Shown here one piece after another: positions 30,166 through 33,119 of a DNA stretch of 33,119 nucleotides. The stretch lies in sequence record OR992646, one strand, 5' to 3'. This DNA comes from Escherichia phage ET-SD-TH. Under the pieces are notes generated by a model. The model saw nothing but the letters and a program-made list of their open reading frames with translations, ran no database searches and had not been told where the DNA came from. The first letter of the stretch is position 1. Each line of letters opens with the position of its first letter. Position numbers and translations under genes: made by a program.

Positions 30166-30285
30166 CGATTTGACCGCCATCGCCATGCGCACCCATGTTT
30201 CACGGTCGCAACCGGCGTCGATGTAGGAAAGTGCTTCTGCAATTTCCTGTTCGGTCAAATCCTTATAGTTTTGTTGTGCACTCAT
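30166..30285 (-). other. 5' segment of the primase reading frame (ATG 30285-30283), separated from the main ORF by an in-frame TAA
   Basis: Translation MSAQQNYKDLTEQEIAEALSYIDAGCDRETWVRMAMAVKS then TAA; the same frame continues IGDGGFTVWNHWSRLSDNYNSKDARDTWKSVKRHGGIGIGTLIGEAQLFGF, together resembling one PriCT-2 domain. Confidence 0.55.
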
Positions 30286-30297
30286 AGAACCCCGATT

Positions 30298-30528
30298 TTA
30301 TGGCCTGTTAGCGCGCCATATGGACAGTGCGCGTTGTTCTAGTTCTTCGCGGGCTGTTGCGCCGCGCTGTTTTTCTATCGCTGCCAGCAGGGTGCGCCGT
30401 GCTTCAATGGTTGGCTGATTCAGAACGTATTTGGCTTCGCATTCCAGCAACCATTCCCGGCTATCGCTCAACACTTCGCGCCCATCGTGCAGCGTCACTG
30501 TGGTGGGCTGCCAGGTACAGGCGTTCAC
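30298..30528 (-). CDS. hypothetical protein (76 aa)
   Basis: ORF with ATGA overlap to the upstream methyltransferase-like gene and ending 13 nt before the primase ATG; no recognisable motif. Confidence 0.45.
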   Translation of the reverse strand: MNACTWQPTTVTLHDGREVLSDSREWLLECEAKYVLNQPTIEARRTLLAAIEKQRGATAREELEQRALSIWRANRP

Positions 30529-31223
30529 GCGACCGCCTCACCGCTTGACGGTTCATTGTCGTTAGCGTGGCGCAGGTGAGGCGCGTTGGCGTTGAAAACA
30601 GCAATGGCGAAGCCCAATGGCGTTGCGCTGCGGATGTTTGCACGCTCTGGACCAGGTGGGCATTTATGGATTCTGTCATCTGGTGCGCCCAATGTTTCAT
30701 CGCGGAACGCTTCCGGCATCACGAATCCGCCACCAGTCCAAAGGCATGTTTTCTTCGTGTAGTTGTCGTTCGCACAGTAGCCAGTGTAATCAACAGGGTT
30801 GAAAGCGTGGTCAGGTTTGCGCCAAAGGCTGCTAATCTGGCTAACAGGGTTTTCAACTGCCCACGGCGTGCCAGCCATTTCACCAATGATCTGACACTGC
30901 CAGACAACGTGCATTGCTTTGAACTGAAAGGCCGGGTCAGCTTCGCGTTTTGTGTTGAACCAACGCGCGCCACTCACACCCAAATCAGTGCAAGGCGGGA
31001 ATCCCATAACGAAAACAACGCGGCCAGTAGCCACTGTGCGGCGAAGAATATCCCATGTTGCTGGATGGTCGATGATATGGCCAACGCGGGTGATTGCGCC
31101 ATCAACGTGAACGCCTTCCGGGTGTTGAGGGTCAACAAGAACTGCTTCGTAACCTGCGTCAACCCACGGCTTTGACATTGTGCCAGTGATGTCACACAGG
31201 CAGATGATAATTCCTTTACTCAT
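30525..31223 (-). CDS. putative short C5-cytosine DNA methyltransferase-like protein (orphan)
   Basis: 232-aa ORF with, in canonical order, a beta1-loop-acidic start (IIICLCDITGT...VLVD), a PC motif GFPPCTDLGVSG (motif IV-like) and ENV (WAVENPVS, motif VI-like). Motif I is non-canonical and the target-recognition region is short, so the assignment is tentative. No restriction endonuclease partner is visible. Confidence 0.5.
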   Translation of the reverse strand: MSKGIIICLCDITGTMSKPWVDAGYEAVLVDPQHPEGVHVDGAITRVGHIIDHPATWDILRRTVATGRVVFVMGFPPCTDLGVSGARWFNTKREADPAFQFKAMHVVWQCQIIGEMAGTPWAVENPVSQISSLWRKPDHAFNPVDYTGYCANDNYTKKTCLWTGGGFVMPEAFRDETLGAPDDRIHKCPPGPERANIRSATPLGFAIAVFNANAPHLRHANDNEPSSGEAVA

Positions 31224-31408
31224 AATTTGTCGCCCCCGGACAATTTATACTCAAGCAATTCAAGCTGGTGGGTCGGAATGACTTTCCCACCTTTACACCG
31301 CCAGATAAGCACCGTTTGTTCAGTGCGCCCAAGTAAACGGCCAACATCGCGGCAGGTTAAGCCATGTTCAGCCATAATATTGTGAAGTCGTTCTGTCCTT
31401 TCGTGCAT
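31220..31408 (-). CDS. Cro/YdaS-like helix-turn-helix DNA-binding protein (62 aa)
   Basis: ATG 31408-31406 with GAGG Shine-Dalgarno; LTCRDVGRLLGRTEQTVLIWRCKGGKVIPTHQLELLEYKL matches the HTH then W...G.IP pattern of the YdaS/Cro-like family. The longer ORF from 31453 is rejected because its start lies inside a hairpin and lacks a Shine-Dalgarno. Confidence 0.55.
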   Translation of the reverse strand: MHERTERLHNIMAEHGLTCRDVGRLLGRTEQTVLIWRCKGGKVIPTHQLELLEYKLSGGDKL

Positions 31409-31428
31409 AGTAATAGCCTCGTAATAAC

Positions 31429-31454
31429 AATGCGCCCATAGTACAGGGCGCATT
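31429..31454 (-). terminator. 9-bp-stem hairpin between the small-protein genes and the HTH gene (possible attenuator or partial terminator)
   Basis: AATGCGCCC-N8-GGGCGCATT read at 31429-31454; followed on the minus strand by UUGUUAUUAC. Confidence 0.3.
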
Positions 31455-31488
31455 TCCGAAAGTAAATATCTTTTGAAATAATCTTACG

Positions 31489-31713
31489 TCATCTTGATGA
31501 TCGCGGCATCACGAAACGGAAACCGGCCTGGTGCTTCATGGCCATTGCGCCTGCCAGGCGTATCAGTTCAGCGAAAGGGTCTTTGCCCATTGCTGACGTT
31601 GTGCGGTATTGCTGCGCCGCGTAGTCAGCCGCGTGCTGCGCTGTGCCAGGTGATGCGCCTTGCTTCACCAGTTCGGCAATGACTTGTTTTTTGATGAAGT
31701 CTACCGGGTTCAT
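31489..31713 (-). CDS. hypothetical protein (74 aa)
   Basis: ORF with ATGA overlap to the upstream gene; protein-like composition; no recognisable motif. Confidence 0.4.
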   Translation of the reverse strand: MNPVDFIKKQVIAELVKQGASPGTAQHAADYAAQQYRTTSAMGKDPFAELIRLAGAMAMKHQAGFRFVMPRSSR

Positions 31714-31943
31714 GCTGCCGCCCTCCGGTTGCGCTCCTTTCGTGCCTTGCGGCGCATAGCTGCAATGCCAGTGAAACGTGAACGGCGCAGCCCTGGCTTC
31801 GGGTAGTCCAGCACCACTTGCATTGACCGCACTGGATGGCGGAAACCAGCTTTAACTGCCCAAAGCCGCAGGCTTAACGCTGTTGCGGCCATTGCGCTGG
31901 TGAAACCATCCTTAATGCGTTTAAACGCTTCTGATAAGTTCAT
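31710..31943 (-). CDS. hypothetical protein (77 aa) with basic C-terminal tail
   Basis: ORF MNLSEAFKRIKDGF...RRKARKERNRRAAA; its ATG overlaps the stop of the upstream 54-aa ORF (ATGA). Confidence 0.4.
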   Translation of the reverse strand: MNLSEAFKRIKDGFTSAMAATALSLRLWAVKAGFRHPVRSMQVVLDYPKPGLRRSRFTGIAAMRRKARKERNRRAAA

Positions 31944-32104
31944 TCAACACCCCACGTTTGTTTCAGGTTTTCCACTTCAAGCTCCGTCAACATGCCGTAA
32001 CGGTTCAGATTCCACATTGCTGTTTTCGCTGCCAGGAACGTGATGTGGTTCCTGGTCGCCAGTGCTTCTGCAAACAGTCTGCGAATGCTTTCTATTGTCA
32101 TCAT
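31940..32104 (-). CDS. hypothetical protein (54 aa; below the size cut-off of the supplied ORF track)
   Basis: My own translation MMTIESIRRLFAEALATRNHITFLAAKTAMWNLNRYGMLTELEVENLKQTWGVE; GGAGTGG Shine-Dalgarno 8 nt upstream; ATGA overlap with the downstream gene. Competes with the track ORF 31977..32183 in another frame. Confidence 0.35.
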   Translation of the reverse strand: MMTIESIRRLFAEALATRNHITFLAAKTAMWNLNRYGMLTELEVENLKQTWGVE

Positions 32105-32179
32105 GGTTTAGCCACTCCATCATTGATTGTCCGGTTTCGACGCTGTAGCGCAGCGCGTCTGCTGCTATGTGTTTTATGC

Positions 32180-32683
32180 TCATTTTCCGAACACCAGTTT
32201 TTCAGCGTCATCCACTGACCGCACAACACCGGCGCGGCCCCCGTTATCATTCACCGCGTTGATGAAGTTGCGTTGCAACGGTGACACGCGGGCACCGTCT
32301 TTGACTTCCAGGCCGGTGAAGATGGCCACTTTCTGGCCCACCATGTCAGGCGTGATTTCCACACTGACCAGGCCGAACAGGTCGGAAAACCCTGGCGGCA
32401 GCCCGGTGTCAAACGGCCTGGCGTTTTTCAGCAGCACGTCACGCGGCCCCATCACAACAGGCATCTGGCGCGGCACCTTCACCACTTCATTGCTTGTGTA
32501 AGCCTTGCCAACGTTGGCGCGAAACAGCAGGCAGCGGCCTGCCAGTGCGTTGCGGATTGCGTTCTGCAACGCGTGTTCTTTGTTAGCCATAGATAACCCC
32601 CACCAGGACGCAGCCAGAACCACCAGCAGCCAGAATAATTCATCATTCAGCATCGCCAGGACGCCACGCATGAACAGTTTCAT
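32180..32683 (-). CDS. VRR-NUC-like nuclease domain protein (start ambiguous: 32683 or 32590)
   Basis: GFSDLF...TGLEVKDGARVSPLQRNFINAVNDNGGRAGVVRSVDDAEKL follows the VRR-NUC pattern (PDL...EVK...Q...G...VV). ATG 32683 is ATGA-coupled to the upstream gene but adds a hydrophobic N-terminus; internal ATG 32590 has a strong GGTGGGGG Shine-Dalgarno. Confidence 0.5.
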   Translation of the reverse strand: MKLFMRGVLAMLNDELFWLLVVLAASWWGLSMANKEHALQNAIRNALAGRCLLFRANVGKAYTSNEVVKVPRQMPVVMGPRDVLLKNARPFDTGLPPGFSDLFGLVSVEITPDMVGQKVAIFTGLEVKDGARVSPLQRNFINAVNDNGGRAGVVRSVDDAEKLVFGK

Positions 32684-33072
32684 TTGACGGCCCCCGGATA
32701 TTCACCAGAATTGCAGCGCATCCACACACGCAGGCCAACTTGTTCAGGGCGAAGGCTTGCCGATTGTGGCCAGAACACCTGGCGCGCCACCCAAATGATG
32801 CGGTTCTGGTTGTTGTTGGCCAGCAGGGTGACCACGCCCTGTTCGCCTGCGCCTTTGTCGCGCAGTTCAGCGATTTTGACGGCGATTTTTTGCAGTTCCA
32901 GGCAGTAGTAAACCTGGTCAACGTCCTGCAATTCCGGCTGTGGTGCCGGTTCCTGTTCTTCCGTCACCTGGCAGTTGTCCTTTGCCGGGTCCATTCCTGG
33001 CAGGCATTCGCGCGCCTGTGCTGCTGCGCTGGTGGCCGCCAGGATGAAAGCGGCGATGATAAGTTTTTTCAT
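32680..33072 (-). CDS. predicted secreted/periplasmic protein with N-terminal signal peptide and 4 cysteines
   Basis: ATG 33072-33070 with AGGTGA Shine-Dalgarno; MKKLIIAAFILAATSAAAQA looks like a Sec signal peptide (no lipobox); mature part about 110 aa with 4 Cys; no recognisable family. The track start at 33102 is also possible. Confidence 0.5.
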   Translation of the reverse strand: MKKLIIAAFILAATSAAAQARECLPGMDPAKDNCQVTEEQEPAPQPELQDVDQVYYCLELQKIAVKIAELRDKGAGEQGVVTLLANNNQNRIIWVARQVFWPQSASLRPEQVGLRVWMRCNSGEYPGAVK

Positions 33073-33119
33073 GGTGTCACCTGTGAGAATTGCCCGGCGC
33101 ACCGGGCATGGGTTGTTAT

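Noticed and set aside
31220-31453. Longer form of the HTH gene starting at ATG 31453 (MRPVLWAHCYY...)
   Set aside because: That ATG lies inside the stem of the 31429-31454 hairpin and has no Shine-Dalgarno; the internal ATG at 31408 has a GAGG Shine-Dalgarno and gives a typical 62-aa HTH protein.
33093-33108. Hairpin GCCCGG-CGCA-CCGGGC upstream of the signal-peptide gene as a terminator
   Set aside because: No U-rich tract follows on either strand; it sits at the window edge and may be part of an upstream feature I cannot see.
1-33119. tRNA genes, integrase or attachment site
   Set aside because: No cloverleaf-like candidates or tyrosine/serine recombinase motifs found in the unmasked sequence; they may lie outside the window or in masked blocks.

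Overview
This window reads as the late (packaging, lysis, tail) region plus part of the early/replication region of a mosaic temperate tailed phage or prophage. Every gene I can support is on the minus strand. About 13 kb (39%) is N-masked (755-845, 7694-12750, 12948-18793, 23463-24064, 26274-27017, 27233-27949), so most head and baseplate/tail-fibre genes, the cos region and any spanin genes cannot be assessed; the very long ORFs in the supplied track that cross these runs are artefacts. Reading right to left: an early operon (signal-peptide protein, VRR-NUC-like nuclease, three small proteins, a Cro/YdaS-like HTH protein, a short C5-cytosine-methyltransferase-like protein, a P4-type primase/helicase with an in-frame TAA near its 5' end), two terminators, an AT-rich intergenic region carrying a dense array of GGGAC-core repeats, a Mor-family late activator, a holin/endolysin cassette, lambda-type Nu1/A terminase, a gpW-like protein and lambda-family portal, then a P2-type contractile tail module (sheath, tube, E/E' with a TTTTTTA -1 slippery site, tape measure, U, X, D), followed by an accessory locus (acidic 236-aa protein, ParB-like fragment). 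All protein calls rest on my own reading of the translations against remembered family motifs; no database search was run. No tRNA, rRNA, CRISPR array, integrase or att site was seen in the unmasked sequence. The most notable observations are the repeat array at 25661-25928, the stop codon inside the primase N-terminal domain, a repeat-containing insertion in the sheath, a recurring 13-bp palindrome, and a small-protein/HTH/methyltransferase arrangement that may be an anti-defence cluster.
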